IMG/VR virus record: IMGVR_UViG_3300037422_000262
Direction: 5' to 3' (one strand)
Length of the DNA stretch: 64,000 bases
From: a virus
A program made the translations under genes and the position numbers. Below, piece after piece: positions 43,969-55,163 of this stretch. The notes beneath the pieces were generated by a model that saw only the letters and a list, made by a program, of their open reading frames with translations, had not been told where the DNA came from and did no database searches. Numbering within the stretch: position 1 is the first letter of the stretch; every line of letters starts with the position of its first letter.

Positions 43969-44616
43969 AGTCAGTTTTTCCTTTCTGTTTTTAATTGTCA
44001 TTTTTAATAGTATGCCATGAGAAACGGATATTGTCAAATAATTTAATATGAGCCTGTTTTGGGTGTTCTCTGGTAGACCAGGAAGCGAAAAAAACGGACT
44101 AGAACGGCGTTCTATTGGAACAGAGAGAGTATAATAGGGTAGGAACACTAAATTAATTATTTTATATTGACGTTCATAGTATTGTTCCTATGTTCTATAG
44201 TATATTATAATAATTAGATAGCATATATTATGTTAAGTATATGTGTGTAGGGAAAAATATAGTACAGTTATATAGGAAAAGGCCTGTTTTCCGTGGAACA
44301 AAGGAACACCCTATTTTTGCCTTTTTGGGGTTTTGCTTAAATTTATAATTCCACATTAATTTATTTATCAATTAATTTTTGACCCCATATTAATTTATTT
44401 GACAATGCTATTCCTGGCCGCGGTGCCGGTGAGGATCTTTAATTTTTAGCACCCCCACCCCCTCACTTTTTGAACCCCGGCCGCGACCGTTAACCGGGCG
44501 GCCCTTTTTATATATTTCCTCCCCCACCAATTTTTCTTGCCGCGTCCCCCACACCCCCCATTAAAAAAATTTCCCTCATTAAAAAAAAAAAAAAAAAAAA
44601 ATTCCCATAATTCCCC

Positions 44617-44645
44617 TTGACACCTGTCTGCCGTACCCCCTATAA
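44617..44645 (+). promoter_or_regulatory. Consensus late promoter (copy 2)
   Basis: Identical to 2941-2969. Confidence 0.9.
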
Positions 44646-44689
44646 TTAAACCATAGAATATATTAACCGGAAAAAAAAAGGAAAAGACT

Positions 44690-45367
44690 ATGTTAGGATA
44701 TGAAGTCACAGTGGAAGGGGAATACATCGCGAGGTCGCCTCTGGTCACAGGGGAAAAAATTTTAAAAAATTACTCCATCACCGTGAACCTCCCGACGATG
44801 AAAAACGCTTTATCCGTCGTAAAAAACCGCCTTTTAGAAACAGCCCTTAAACAAACCTATTCTGATTACCTCTCTTGGCGGACCCACGTGATCACAAAGG
44901 TCACGCCCAAAGATGAAGCTTCCGCTTTGGCTTTCAAGAATGTCGACGTTCAGTATATGGACCGGGACGGTTTGCTGTCCTACATCGCCGCTAACGCTCT
45001 CGGGGTCGATCACACCCTTTTTCCCGATCTGTCAAAGCTCCGCGACGCGGTGATCCGCGCGAAAGAGGACCCGGCGGGGTTCGCGAAGAAGATGGAGCGC
45101 CACCGGGGGGAGCTGGAGACCGACCGGGCCATCGCCGCGGCCAATCCAAAATATTTTAAATCCGTCAGCCTTCAGGGGAAAAAGAGCAATGAGCCTCTTA
45201 TTCAAGGATCCTATCCCCGCCCGAAGGAGGGTACCATCGGGGGTTCTGTCCCTGGGCGTGACCTGTCCCCCGAGGCCATGGCTGAAAAAACCGAGAACCG
45301 CGTGGCCGGCCTGGCCCGGGAAATGATCAAAGAGGGCGAACTTGAAGCTTCCGGCGAAGAATTATAA
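44690..45367 (+). CDS. Hypothetical protein (copy 2)
   Basis: Identical to 3014-3691. Confidence 0.8.
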   Translation: MLGYEVTVEGEYIARSPLVTGEKILKNYSITVNLPTMKNALSVVKNRLLETALKQTYSDYLSWRTHVITKVTPKDEASALAFKNVDVQYMDRDGLLSYIAANALGVDHTLFPDLSKLRDAVIRAKEDPAGFAKKMERHRGELETDRAIAAANPKYFKSVSLQGKKSNEPLIQGSYPRPKEGTIGGSVPGRDLSPEAMAEKTENRVAGLAREMIKEGELEASGEEL

Positions 45368-45779
45368 GCCCCCCGTCCCTTGCGGCCATGAGGACCCGGC
45401 CCCGGGGCATTACGCGTCCAAACTCGAATGGGTGAACGGCGTCCCTCAAGTGATCGCCGTGCCTATCGAAGCAAAACCTTTTAAGTCAAAAACCTCTCAA
45501 GTCACGCTGAAAGCTTTGATGGTGGAGGCGCTGAACCTCCCTTACGCGGGGCCGAACCCCGCTTATGCCGGATTGACCAAAGGCGAAGCGTTCGTCATTG
45601 ATCTTGTTGATCAAGCGTCCCGCGGGGATGAAGACGCCCGTAAAGAGCTGCTCGACCGTATTCTTGGCCGTCCGGAGCAGAAGACCAAATCCCTGAAAGT
45701 AGAGGCTTCTTTGGAAGATTTTCTGGAACAGATCGATCGGGAAGAATCTAAATTCGCGCCTCCTGATGAGGAATTATAA
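45342..45779 (+). CDS. Probable terminase small subunit (copy 2)
   Basis: Identical to 3666-4103. Confidence 0.55.
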   Translation: MKLPAKNYKPPVPCGHEDPAPGHYASKLEWVNGVPQVIAVPIEAKPFKSKTSQVTLKALMVEALNLPYAGPNPAYAGLTKGEAFVIDLVDQASRGDEDARKELLDRILGRPEQKTKSLKVEASLEDFLEQIDREESKFAPPDEEL

Positions 45780-47386
45780 TGTCATCTGATCCTTTAGCGG
45801 ATAAACGCAAACAGGAACGCCTCAAAGAACTTCTTTTTAAGCTCCCCTTTTACGCCAGGCATAATTTAAAAATTCGTGATAAAGTCGGGTTATCCGTCCC
45901 CCTGACATTTAACAGGGCTCAGGAACACATCCAGGCCCGCTTAGAGGAGCAATTACGGGTCGCGGGGCGCGTACGTGCCATAATTTTAAAAGGCCGGCAA
46001 ATGGGCTCTACAACGCTCGTGGCGGCCCGTTATTATCACAAGGCCGTGACGGTCCCGGGCACTTCGACCTTTATTCTGTCCCACGAAGCCAAGACGACGG
46101 AGAAGCTTTTCGATATCGTCAAACGCTTCTATCAGTTCTCCCACCCTTCTCTGGCCCCGTCCTTGGGTTCCGCCAACAAGAACCAGCTGAAATTCGACGG
46201 TTTAAGCTCGGAATACACCGTCGGGACCGCGGGGAACGAAGAAGTCGGCCGGGGATTCACGATCAAACTTCTGCATTTATCCGAAGCCGCCTCATATGAG
46301 CGCACCGACGAACTCGAGACCGGATTATTGCAGGCCGTCGCCGACCTGCCCGGCACCGAGATCATCATTGAATCGACCGCTAAGGGCATGAACAATATGT
46401 TCTACCGTAAGTGTATGGGCGCGATGAACGGCAAAAACGAGTATCAGCTCATCTTCGTCCCCTGGTTCTGGCAAGAAGACTACCGTTCGGCGCCCCCGGA
46501 GGGGTTCATTCCAACCTCCGAAGAGCTGCAATTAAAAAGCTTATATCAATTAGACAACGCGCAGCTGTACTGGCGGCGGAGAAAGATCGAATCCCTGGGG
46601 GACCTGTGGAAGTTCCAGCAAGAATTTCCATGCCACCCGATGGAAGCTTTTGTGACGAGCTCGGAGTCGTTCCTCTCTTCGCAATTGCTGATGGAGGCGC
46701 GCAAACGCCCGGCGCGCCCGTCCATGCTGCCGAAGATCTGCGGTATGGATCCCGCGCGCACGAGCGACAGAATAGCTATCACCTGCCGCCAGGGGAGGTC
46801 TATCCTTTGGTGGAAGAAGATCGACCCCAAAGACATGCCCCCGGACCCTTCGGTTTGCCTGGCGAACCTTGTCATGCGTACGATCGACCGCGAACAGATA
46901 GACAAATTCTTTATTGATGTGGCGCAAGGGTACGGTATTATTGATATATGCCGCGCGAGCGGCTATCAGAAAATCGTCCAGGGGGTCCACTTCGGGCAAG
47001 TCGATGATGACAGATTTCTAAATAAGCGGGCTGAAATGGCCTTTAACGCCCGCGCTTGGCTGGAGGAAGGGGAAGCGTCCATCCCCGACGATGATGAATT
47101 CTTCGCCGATCTGCTGTCCATGCCTATGTACCAACAGTCACCGTCGGGGAAGATATTTTTCCCCGCGAAAGCTCAGATAAAAAAAGACTTCGGCCGTTCT
47201 CCGGACGCTTTTGATTCTTTCATATTAACGTTTGCATTTCCCGTGCATTCTGATATTATTAAAATGAACAAAGCGCGGGCTGTCAATAACAGGGCGAAAC
47301 GCCCGTCGGAGCTGGTGACGCTGAACCGCATCAGGCAAGACAGGGGGCAAAATAAGCCCGCGGTAAAGATCATGGCGGATTTTTAA
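45779..47386 (+). CDS. terL: Terminase large subunit (copy 2)
   Basis: Identical to 4103-5710. Confidence 0.93.
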   Translation: MSSDPLADKRKQERLKELLFKLPFYARHNLKIRDKVGLSVPLTFNRAQEHIQARLEEQLRVAGRVRAIILKGRQMGSTTLVAARYYHKAVTVPGTSTFILSHEAKTTEKLFDIVKRFYQFSHPSLAPSLGSANKNQLKFDGLSSEYTVGTAGNEEVGRGFTIKLLHLSEAASYERTDELETGLLQAVADLPGTEIIIESTAKGMNNMFYRKCMGAMNGKNEYQLIFVPWFWQEDYRSAPPEGFIPTSEELQLKSLYQLDNAQLYWRRRKIESLGDLWKFQQEFPCHPMEAFVTSSESFLSSQLLMEARKRPARPSMLPKICGMDPARTSDRIAITCRQGRSILWWKKIDPKDMPPDPSVCLANLVMRTIDREQIDKFFIDVAQGYGIIDICRASGYQKIVQGVHFGQVDDDRFLNKRAEMAFNARAWLEEGEASIPDDDEFFADLLSMPMYQQSPSGKIFFPAKAQIKKDFGRSPDAFDSFILTFAFPVHSDIIKMNKARAVNNRAKRPSELVTLNRIRQDRGQNKPAVKIMADF

Positions 47387-47401
47387 ACCTGGAGGTTTTA
47401 T

Positions 47402-47608
47402 ATGGCTGCTATTTTCAGTTCTCTTTTCGGGGGAGGGCAAAAAGAAGCGGCGCCTATGGCCGCGCCCGCCGCGCCGCCTGCCGCCGAAAAAGAAAAGACG
47501 GCGGAGGACGCCAAGAAAAAAGCCCGCGCCTATCTCGGTTCTCTGGAGCCGTCGAAAGGTTTTTCCGGAAATAAATTAACAGCCAAATCGTTTTTGCTCT
47601 CATACTGA
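47402..47608 (+). CDS. Small virion-associated protein (copy 2)
   Basis: Identical to 5726-5932. Confidence 0.65.
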   Translation: MAAIFSSLFGGGQKEAAPMAAPAAPPAAEKEKTAEDAKKKARAYLGSLEPSKGFSGNKLTAKSFLLSY

Positions 47609-49341
47609 TGGCGGCCCTTCCCAACAAAGTTCAGATCATTAAGACACGCTATCAGGCCGCCTACAAGATCAAAGAATATTGGATGACGATCTGGCAGCTT
47701 GTCGGCGAATACGTGATGACCCGCAAGCAGAATTTTTTGACGACGAACTTGCCCGGTGAATTTCTGACCGAGCAGCTGTTCTCTTCCGCCGCCCCTGAAG
47801 CGAACCGCACGATGGCTTCCGCGATCGTCGGTAATATGTGGCCCAACGGCGGGAGGTCTTTTAAGATCACCCGGCCCCGCAACATTTCCGATTCCCAGGA
47901 TGTTAAGGATTATTACGAAACGATCACGGACGTTCTCTCCGGTTACATGGACCAGCCTGAAGCGGGCCTAGCGAGGTCGCTGTCTGAATACATGCTTGAC
48001 CAGGGGGCTTTTGGTATCTCCGGCGTTCACGTTAAAAAGACCGGGGATTATTTTTCCCCTTTGAGATATAAAGCGATCAACGTGAAACAGTTCACGATCG
48101 AGGAGAATAAGGACGGGGAGATCGACACGATCTTTATCGACGATAAACTGACCATCCGGCAGATCGTCGACGAATACGGGATCGATCAGGTGAGCGAGAA
48201 GACGCGCAAACTTTACAATGAGGCGGGGGACCTTAACGCGGAAGTGCGCGTCCTGGTCCTTTTGGAGCCCAGGCGGGCCGGGCGTTACGGTTTCGGGAAT
48301 AAAAATCTGCCCTTCGCTTCCATCCATATCGAATATGACGCGAATAAAATATTACGCGAAAGCGGATTTTCCCAAGCTCCCGCGATAGTCGCCCGTTTCC
48401 TCAAGGCCCTTGGTGAAACTTACGGCCGCAGCCCCGCTATGTTCGCCCTTCCCGCCATCCTCCGCCTTAACGTTGCTTGGGAACTGGTCATGCGCGCGGG
48501 CGAGAAGCAATTAAGCCCGCCTTTATATTTACTTGATAACGGGGCTTTGGGCGGGGGGACGGTAGATACGTCCTCCGGAGGGCTTACGGTCTTTAACACG
48601 ACAGGGATGGGGGACAAAGCGCCTATCGGGCCTTTATATGATGTCGGTGACATGAGGCCGATGCTTGAGATCATCCAGCAGCTGATCGAGGACGTGTCGA
48701 AAGCTTTTTATATTGATAGACTGGTTGATCTTAATAATGAAACAAAAATGACCTTCGGTGAAGCTCAGATCCGCGACCGCATCCGGGGAGAGGGGTTGAA
48801 CTCTGTTTTCAGGATCCAGGAAGCTGAAATGTTTTCGCCTCTCATTAAAACATCATTTAATTTTTTATTAGAAGAGGGTTTATTGGGCGTGGCAAAAGGC
48901 TCGGAGCAGGAAAGAAATCTATTGGCGCGAGGATTGGCCCCGATCTATATTCCTCCGCCGGTCTTAAAAGCGATCCAGCAGGGCCAGAAAGTTTATGATA
49001 TTAAATACATATCCCCGGCCTCGCGTATCATGCGTATGGAAGAATTCCAGGGGTTAACACAATCGCTTGATGTGACTATGGCCTTGTCCGGAGTTTTGCC
49101 GGAGATAGTTGATTATTACGACCCCAAAGAGCTTGTCCGTAAATTGCACGAACTGACCGGAACGGATGAATCGGTCCTGCGCGCGACCGAGGTGGTCAAA
49201 CAGATCCAGGCGTTACGGGCCGAGCAGGCCCAACAGGCGCGGCAGGTCCAGATGACGCAGATCGGAGCGGACGTAAATATGAAGACCGCCCAAGCACAAA
49301 GTATGCAGCAAGGAGCAATAAGTGGACGCCCCCGGGGTTAA
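47608..49341 (+). CDS. Portal (copy 2)
   Basis: Identical to 5932-7665. Confidence 0.9.
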   Translation: MAALPNKVQIIKTRYQAAYKIKEYWMTIWQLVGEYVMTRKQNFLTTNLPGEFLTEQLFSSAAPEANRTMASAIVGNMWPNGGRSFKITRPRNISDSQDVKDYYETITDVLSGYMDQPEAGLARSLSEYMLDQGAFGISGVHVKKTGDYFSPLRYKAINVKQFTIEENKDGEIDTIFIDDKLTIRQIVDEYGIDQVSEKTRKLYNEAGDLNAEVRVLVLLEPRRAGRYGFGNKNLPFASIHIEYDANKILRESGFSQAPAIVARFLKALGETYGRSPAMFALPAILRLNVAWELVMRAGEKQLSPPLYLLDNGALGGGTVDTSSGGLTVFNTTGMGDKAPIGPLYDVGDMRPMLEIIQQLIEDVSKAFYIDRLVDLNNETKMTFGEAQIRDRIRGEGLNSVFRIQEAEMFSPLIKTSFNFLLEEGLLGVAKGSEQERNLLARGLAPIYIPPPVLKAIQQGQKVYDIKYISPASRIMRMEEFQGLTQSLDVTMALSGVLPEIVDYYDPKELVRKLHELTGTDESVLRATEVVKQIQALRAEQAQQARQVQMTQIGADVNMKTAQAQSMQQGAISGRPRG

Positions 49342-49591
49342 GAAGCAATTAGAAGACCGTAACGCTCGCGTGGCCCAGGCTATCGCGGAAGTCGCTCAAA
49401 CTCCGGCCGGGCAGATCATGTTCGCGGCTTTGGCAGAGCAGTGCTTTTTTTATAAATCAACGATCGCCGGGAATTTTCAGACGGGTGAGATAAATGTTTA
49501 TGGGACTCTGTTTCAAGAGGCCCAGCGCCGGGTTTATCTCGATATTCGTCGGCATATCCCCAAAGACGTAAGAAAACGTATCGAAAACTAA
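49322..49591 (+). CDS. Bbp19-like protein (copy 2)
   Basis: Identical to 7646-7915. Confidence 0.6.
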   Translation: MDAPGVKKQLEDRNARVAQAIAEVAQTPAGQIMFAALAEQCFFYKSTIAGNFQTGEINVYGTLFQEAQRRVYLDIRRHIPKDVRKRIEN

Positions 49592-49607
49592 AACGAGGAG
49601 AAACAGT

Positions 49608-50516
49608 ATGTTCAAGATCAACCGCAGTCCCGACGCGCCCCCGGCAGGAGCCCCGCCGGCAACACCTCCGGCAGGAACACCTCCCGCTTCTGTTCAGGTC
49701 AATCATCAAACACCCGGGGCGGTAACGCCTCCCGCGTACACCCCGCCCGCGATCAATATGGCTGAGGCTATCCCGCCGGAATTCCGGGATAAGCCTTTTT
49801 TTAAAGATATCACATTCGATAAACTGATCAAAGATTACGTGAACGCGCAAGAGCTGATCGGAAAACGTCCGAGCGTATTGCCTCCGGCGGACGCGAAACC
49901 CGAACAGTTGGAAGCTTTCTTCGCGCAATTACGCCCCAAAGCCGCGACCGACTACACTTTCCCTGAGACGGATTATATGAAAAAGCACGGCGGGGATAAA
50001 GAATACCAAACGCACATGCGGCAAGTTTTTCATAAAGCCGGGCTCCATCCCTGGCAAGTCGAGATTCTATCCCGGGGGAACGACGAGTATTTAACAAAGT
50101 TTGCCGAGGGCCGGGAGAATAAAGACGCTCTATCAGAACAAGAATTCGATAGAGCGCTTGACGCGGCTTACGGCGCGGATAAACAGAAATCTTTAGAAAC
50201 GGCTAAGAATTTGATGATCGAAAGCGTTCCCGCTGAAATGAAACCGAAGATCGCCGGGCTGTCCAATGACGCTCTTTTACTGTTAACGATGACCCTTAAC
50301 GCAGTTCATAAAAAATATATCGCGGAGGATTCTTTTCCCGGAGGCCCGGGAGCCGGGTCCGGAGCAGGGGATGAGGCGTCGATCCGCAAACAGGCGACGG
50401 ATCTTATGGCGTCGAAAGCTTACAATAATTTTATGGACCCGCAGCATGAAGCGGTCAAGAAACAGGTCGCAGATCTTTACACGCAGATCGGGCAAATACA
50501 CAAGGCGAGAAAATAA
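49608..50516 (+). CDS. Scaffolding protein (copy 2)
   Basis: Identical to 7932-8840. Confidence 0.75.
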   Translation: MFKINRSPDAPPAGAPPATPPAGTPPASVQVNHQTPGAVTPPAYTPPAINMAEAIPPEFRDKPFFKDITFDKLIKDYVNAQELIGKRPSVLPPADAKPEQLEAFFAQLRPKAATDYTFPETDYMKKHGGDKEYQTHMRQVFHKAGLHPWQVEILSRGNDEYLTKFAEGRENKDALSEQEFDRALDAAYGADKQKSLETAKNLMIESVPAEMKPKIAGLSNDALLLLTMTLNAVHKKYIAEDSFPGGPGAGSGAGDEASIRKQATDLMASKAYNNFMDPQHEAVKKQVADLYTQIGQIHKARK

Positions 50517-50703
50517 TTTTAATTTTTGTTGACAAAAGTTTTTGTTAAATTAAAATCAAATTAGAAAAGGTGGGGAGTTCTAATCGAATCCACCGGCAAA
50601 GCCTACCGTAATCGGGCGACACGTCCGCTGAACAGCGCGGGGAGCGTAACCATGAGAGTTAAATTCACGTTATTAACCTTACACCACTCGCAAGGAGAAT
50701 TTC

Positions 50704-51588
50704 ATGGCAGCCCAAATCGAAACAGCCCAAGTTATCCAATTTTCTGATATGGTCCACGTGGCGGCCCAGCAGATGAAGGCCCGTCTGGCGGGTATTTTTC
50801 CCGTCAAACAAATGAAGGGCAAAGAGTACGCGTACGACGGCGTTGGAAGTGTCGAAGCGCAGGAATTGAACGGACGTTTTAACGAGGTGAATTTTTCTGA
50901 ACTCCAGATCACCCGCAGAAAGATCGGACGCAGGAGATTTTCTTTGACCCTTCCGATCGATGAAGACGATGTGTCAAAGGTTTTGCTCGATCAAGAACGT
51001 GAATATAACCGCGCTTGTGCGATGGCGATGGCCCGGGTGCATGACCGCATCGGTATCGAAGCGGCTCTTGCGACCGTTTATACGGGAGAGGATATGGACA
51101 CCGCTGTCCCATTCGCTTCTGACGGCGGGCAGACAGTTACGGCAACCGCTGGTTTGACCTACGAAAAACTTCTGGAGATCATTCAGAATTTTATCGACGA
51201 GGATGTCGGTAATGATATGATTGAGGACTTCATCTTCTGTATTGCCGGGGATGAGCATACAGCTTTGATGAAAGAAACCGAGCTGACGAGCGGAGATTTT
51301 GTCCGTGATTTCAATGTGGAAAAAGGGAGTATCACGAACGCTGTCGGGATGAAGTTGGTCAAATTCGCGGCCAACGCGACGAATCCGGTTTTGACCGTAT
51401 CCGGAGGCGTTCGGTCTTGTGTTGCGATGAGCACCCGCGGGCTTTGCTACGCGATGCCTAAGCAGTTCGAGATCAAGGTCCAAGAACGTACCGATTTGGT
51501 GCAGACCAATCAAGTCCAGGTCAACTGGACCCTTGGCGCGGTTCGTACTGAGGGCGTCTTAGTTCAGAAAGTCACCACAACGGACTAA
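50704..51588 (+). CDS. Major capsid protein (copy 2)
   Basis: Identical to 9028-9912. Confidence 0.88.
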   Translation: MAAQIETAQVIQFSDMVHVAAQQMKARLAGIFPVKQMKGKEYAYDGVGSVEAQELNGRFNEVNFSELQITRRKIGRRRFSLTLPIDEDDVSKVLLDQEREYNRACAMAMARVHDRIGIEAALATVYTGEDMDTAVPFASDGGQTVTATAGLTYEKLLEIIQNFIDEDVGNDMIEDFIFCIAGDEHTALMKETELTSGDFVRDFNVEKGSITNAVGMKLVKFAANATNPVLTVSGGVRSCVAMSTRGLCYAMPKQFEIKVQERTDLVQTNQVQVNWTLGAVRTEGVLVQKVTTTD

Positions 51589-51621
51589 TTTTCGTTAAAA
51601 TTTTTATAGAGGAGAAAATCC

Positions 51622-52122
51622 ATGGCAGTCGTTAATGATTATGTGAATACAGCAGTTGCCGCGGGGAACGTGGCCGAAGGGTACCGTACCGGCGGAAAAC
51701 AGGTGAAAAGATTGATCGAAACGTTCAATCCGGCGGCAGCCGATGATGACGGTTCTATTTATCGGATCGCGAATTTACCTCTTCACGCCGTTATCGTAGA
51801 CGCGAAGATCTGTAATGCCGCGGTTACAGGCATGACGGACGCAGATCTAGGTTTTTATCAAACGGCGGATCTTGGCGGAGCGGTCATTGATAAAGATATC
51901 CTGCTTGACGGCGGGGATCTTTCTTCAGCTCACGCCAGCGGTTCGGAATTGTCCGCGATATCGAATGTCGCGGCCGCCGATCGTTACAAGAGGATCTTTG
52001 AACTTTTAGGGTTGTCTGTCGGAGGCCTCAAAGGTAATGTCGATATCGCTTTGACCGCGAACACGGCCGGTTCCGGTACCGGCGCTATTACCGTCATCAT
52101 TGATTTCATTGACGGCGTATAA
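51622..52122 (+). CDS. Probable capsid cement protein (copy 2)
   Basis: Identical to 9946-10446. Confidence 0.55.
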   Translation: MAVVNDYVNTAVAAGNVAEGYRTGGKQVKRLIETFNPAAADDDGSIYRIANLPLHAVIVDAKICNAAVTGMTDADLGFYQTADLGGAVIDKDILLDGGDLSSAHASGSELSAISNVAAADRYKRIFELLGLSVGGLKGNVDIALTANTAGSGTGAITVIIDFIDGV

Positions 52123-52145
52123 TCAGTCACTTTATCAGGACCCAT

Positions 52146-52185
52146 AAGGCGCACGTTAGATTAATAATCTGCGTGCGCCTTTTTT
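52146..52185 (+). terminator. Intrinsic terminator (copy 2)
   Basis: Identical to 10470-10509. Confidence 0.85.
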
Positions 52186-52202
52186 AATAATAGGAGGAAT
52201 CT

Positions 52203-52853
52203 ATGGCCCTTCCTGCGAGTAACGTTGAGATATGCAATATCGCTTTAGATTATTTGAAGGAAAAAGTCGTTACCGATATTGACGCCCCGACAACTGTTGT
52301 CGAATCTCTTCTCTCCCGCCGTTATGATCTGACCCGTACTTCTCTTCTAGCATCACGCAATTGGAATTTTGCCCGGGCCGCTAAAGCTTTTCTCTTAACA
52401 ACGACACCGGACGTGTCGATATATTCCGACGCTTACGCGCTCCCGAATGATTATATAAGGCTCTTGGCGTTGTTAGACCCCCGGCATCCTCTTTCCCGTT
52501 ACGACTACGAGATATCACAAGGGCTTTTGCTTATTGATAACGACGGAGCGGAGTCAATAGACGCCTGGTACACAAAGAACATTACGGATATTTCTTTGAT
52601 GCCGGCGTACTTTATTGATTATTTGGCCGCGGAATTGGCGTTTAAAGTCTCTTTTAAGATAACCGCCAAGAACGCGGCGATCAAGGAAATGAAGCTGATA
52701 CGCGATGATACGAAAATGGTGGCCCTGGCCGCGAATGGGCAAGAACGCCCGCCTATCAGATATGAATCCAGTAAACTCGTGAATGCGGGATTGCGCCCGA
52801 CGTCGCAGCAGCAAGTGGCGGGTCCGCATACGTTTTTATTTGACCCCAACTAA
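52203..52853 (+). CDS. Tail adaptor (copy 2)
   Basis: Identical to 10527-11177. Confidence 0.8.
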   Translation: MALPASNVEICNIALDYLKEKVVTDIDAPTTVVESLLSRRYDLTRTSLLASRNWNFARAAKAFLLTTTPDVSIYSDAYALPNDYIRLLALLDPRHPLSRYDYEISQGLLLIDNDGAESIDAWYTKNITDISLMPAYFIDYLAAELAFKVSFKITAKNAAIKEMKLIRDDTKMVALAANGQERPPIRYESSKLVNAGLRPTSQQQVAGPHTFLFDPN

Positions 52854-55163
52854 ATGCCTCAACAATTGATCTCTAATTTTTCCGGCGGCGAAGTCAGTGC
52901 TGATCTTTATGGTCGGTCCGATACTGAATTGTATTATGGATCGGCTTTGTATATGCAGAATTTTATCGCCCGGATGCAGGGGTCTATGGTTTACCGAGGC
53001 GGTTCCGCGTTCGTTCATCCCACCCGGCAGAATCTTGACGTTCGTATTGAACGCTTTAAATTCAATGATGAACAAACATATATTTTAGAATTTACCGATC
53101 GAAAGCTACGCATTTATGAAGATACTGAGATCACCTTAGAAACTTCATCTATTTCAATCACGGGCGCGACCCAAGCCGCTCCGGTCGTGATCACCGCGGC
53201 CGCTCATGGCTTTTCAGACGGTGATGAGGTCTATATTTCAGGCGTTGCCGGGATGACGGAATTGAACGGGAGGTTTTTCCGTGTGGCGAGTTCAACCGCG
53301 AATTCTTTTTCGTTATTGGATCTTTTTAATGACCCCGTTGACGGGACGGGTTTTTCGGCATATTCCTCCGGCGGGACCGTTACGGAAGTTTTAACTATCA
53401 CTTCTCCGTACACGGAAGCGCAATTATTTGAGTTTCAATTCGCCCAACAAGGCAACGTCATGTATATCAATCACCGTGACGTGGCTCCTTATAAACTGAC
53501 CCGGTTAAGTTCAACGTCCTGGTCATTAGGAACATACACCCGGACGGCGGATCCTTTCACAACAGCAAACAAATATCCGGGGTGCGTTACGATTTTTGAA
53601 GGTCGTGTCGTTCACGCCAGTACGAACGACAACCCCGACACCTTTTGGGCTTCCCGGTCTCCGACAAACGCGGGGGTTCCCCGTTATGACGATTTCACAA
53701 CAGGCACCGACGCCGATCACGCTCTGATTTTCCCTATTTCATCTTCTCAGGGAGAGGTCGAATATATCGTGTGGCTCGCGGGCCTCAGGGATTTCATCGC
53801 GATCGGGACTACGAGCGGGGTTAGCGGGCTCGACGGAGGCGGAGACAGCGCGATCACGCCAACTAATTTACGGGTCCGGCCTATCGATCCTTACGGCGCC
53901 CAGGCGATCATGCCTATTACGAACGGGGCGTCTTTATTTTATATTCAAAAAGGCGGGCAGATCTTACGCAGTTTTGAATTCGAGCTTTTATCCGATAATT
54001 ATCAGTCTTTTGACCGGTCTTTCTTGGGGGCGCATTTAACTCAAAGCGGCATTAAACAGATCGCGTTCCAACGCGGGCGTACGGATGTTGTTTGGGCGGC
54101 TCTTAATAACGGCAGGTTCATAGCAATGACCGTTAAAGGGAGAGAAGACGTCTCCGGGTGGCATAGGCATTTACCTGCCGGGAGTGATGTAAAAGTTTTA
54201 AGTGTGGCTATCGAACCGCAGGTTATGGGGTATGAGAGGGTTTGGTTCGCGTGTGAACGGACGATCAATGAGAAGATTGTCCGGTATTTAGAATATTTTG
54301 AAGAACCTTTTGAGGGGTTATTGGCGGAAGATTTTTATACGGGCGATGAAGATGCCGACCGGACGGTTTTTATAAACCGTATGTTTGAAGAGCAGAGGGC
54401 TTTGCGTTATTTAGACAGTCACTTAGTTTTTGACGGTTCTGATATAGCCAGGGGTTCGATAACCTTAACGCCTAATGCGGTGACAGGAACAGGGATAACA
54501 TTCACAGCTTCATCCGCTGTTTTTTCGGCTTCTGATGTCGGGAAAAAATTACAGAAAAAATATGTAGGCCGGGGTGGCGGAGGCGTTGCCGAGATCAAGG
54601 CTTTTGTCAGCACGACTGTGGTTACATGTGATATCGAAGTGGACTTTGATACGACCGATTCGATCGATCCGGGTGAGTGGTATTTAACGACGGATGAGGT
54701 CACAGGCGTGTTTCATTTGGAGGGGGAAACGGTATCGATCGTCGCGGATGGGGCCCTTCAGACGGATGCGACAGTTACAGACGGGGTGGTCTCTCTTGAC
54801 GGCCAATTCGGTATCGTTGTGATAGGAAAACGCAATGTGGGGATCTACAAATCTTTGAATTTAGTCCTGCAAGGCGGCGGGGAGAACTCTTTATCAAATA
54901 ATCAGAACGTCGTGGATGTGGATATTCTTTTCGCGTTTAGCGTCGGCTCTAAATATGGCACGTCTTTGTATCGGCTCCAGCAAATCGAATCTTCGGTTGA
55001 GGGGCAATTACCAGATAGACCCCCTCTCCCCGTAACTCGGATCGTGTCTAATTTTTATGAAGATACTTGGGAAGAGGATAAGCACATCGTGATCGTTCAG
55101 GATGAGCCATACCCCTGTTTAGTTAACGCTTTGAATCTGACCCTTGAGATAGGCTCACGATGA
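52854..55163 (+). CDS. Tail nozzle (copy 2)
   Basis: Identical to 11178-13487. Confidence 0.85.
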   Translation: MPQQLISNFSGGEVSADLYGRSDTELYYGSALYMQNFIARMQGSMVYRGGSAFVHPTRQNLDVRIERFKFNDEQTYILEFTDRKLRIYEDTEITLETSSISITGATQAAPVVITAAAHGFSDGDEVYISGVAGMTELNGRFFRVASSTANSFSLLDLFNDPVDGTGFSAYSSGGTVTEVLTITSPYTEAQLFEFQFAQQGNVMYINHRDVAPYKLTRLSSTSWSLGTYTRTADPFTTANKYPGCVTIFEGRVVHASTNDNPDTFWASRSPTNAGVPRYDDFTTGTDADHALIFPISSSQGEVEYIVWLAGLRDFIAIGTTSGVSGLDGGGDSAITPTNLRVRPIDPYGAQAIMPITNGASLFYIQKGGQILRSFEFELLSDNYQSFDRSFLGAHLTQSGIKQIAFQRGRTDVVWAALNNGRFIAMTVKGREDVSGWHRHLPAGSDVKVLSVAIEPQVMGYERVWFACERTINEKIVRYLEYFEEPFEGLLAEDFYTGDEDADRTVFINRMFEEQRALRYLDSHLVFDGSDIARGSITLTPNAVTGTGITFTASSAVFSASDVGKKLQKKYVGRGGGGVAEIKAFVSTTVVTCDIEVDFDTTDSIDPGEWYLTTDEVTGVFHLEGETVSIVADGALQTDATVTDGVVSLDGQFGIVVIGKRNVGIYKSLNLVLQGGGENSLSNNQNVVDVDILFAFSVGSKYGTSLYRLQQIESSVEGQLPDRPPLPVTRIVSNFYEDTWEEDKHIVIVQDEPYPCLVNALNLTLEIGSR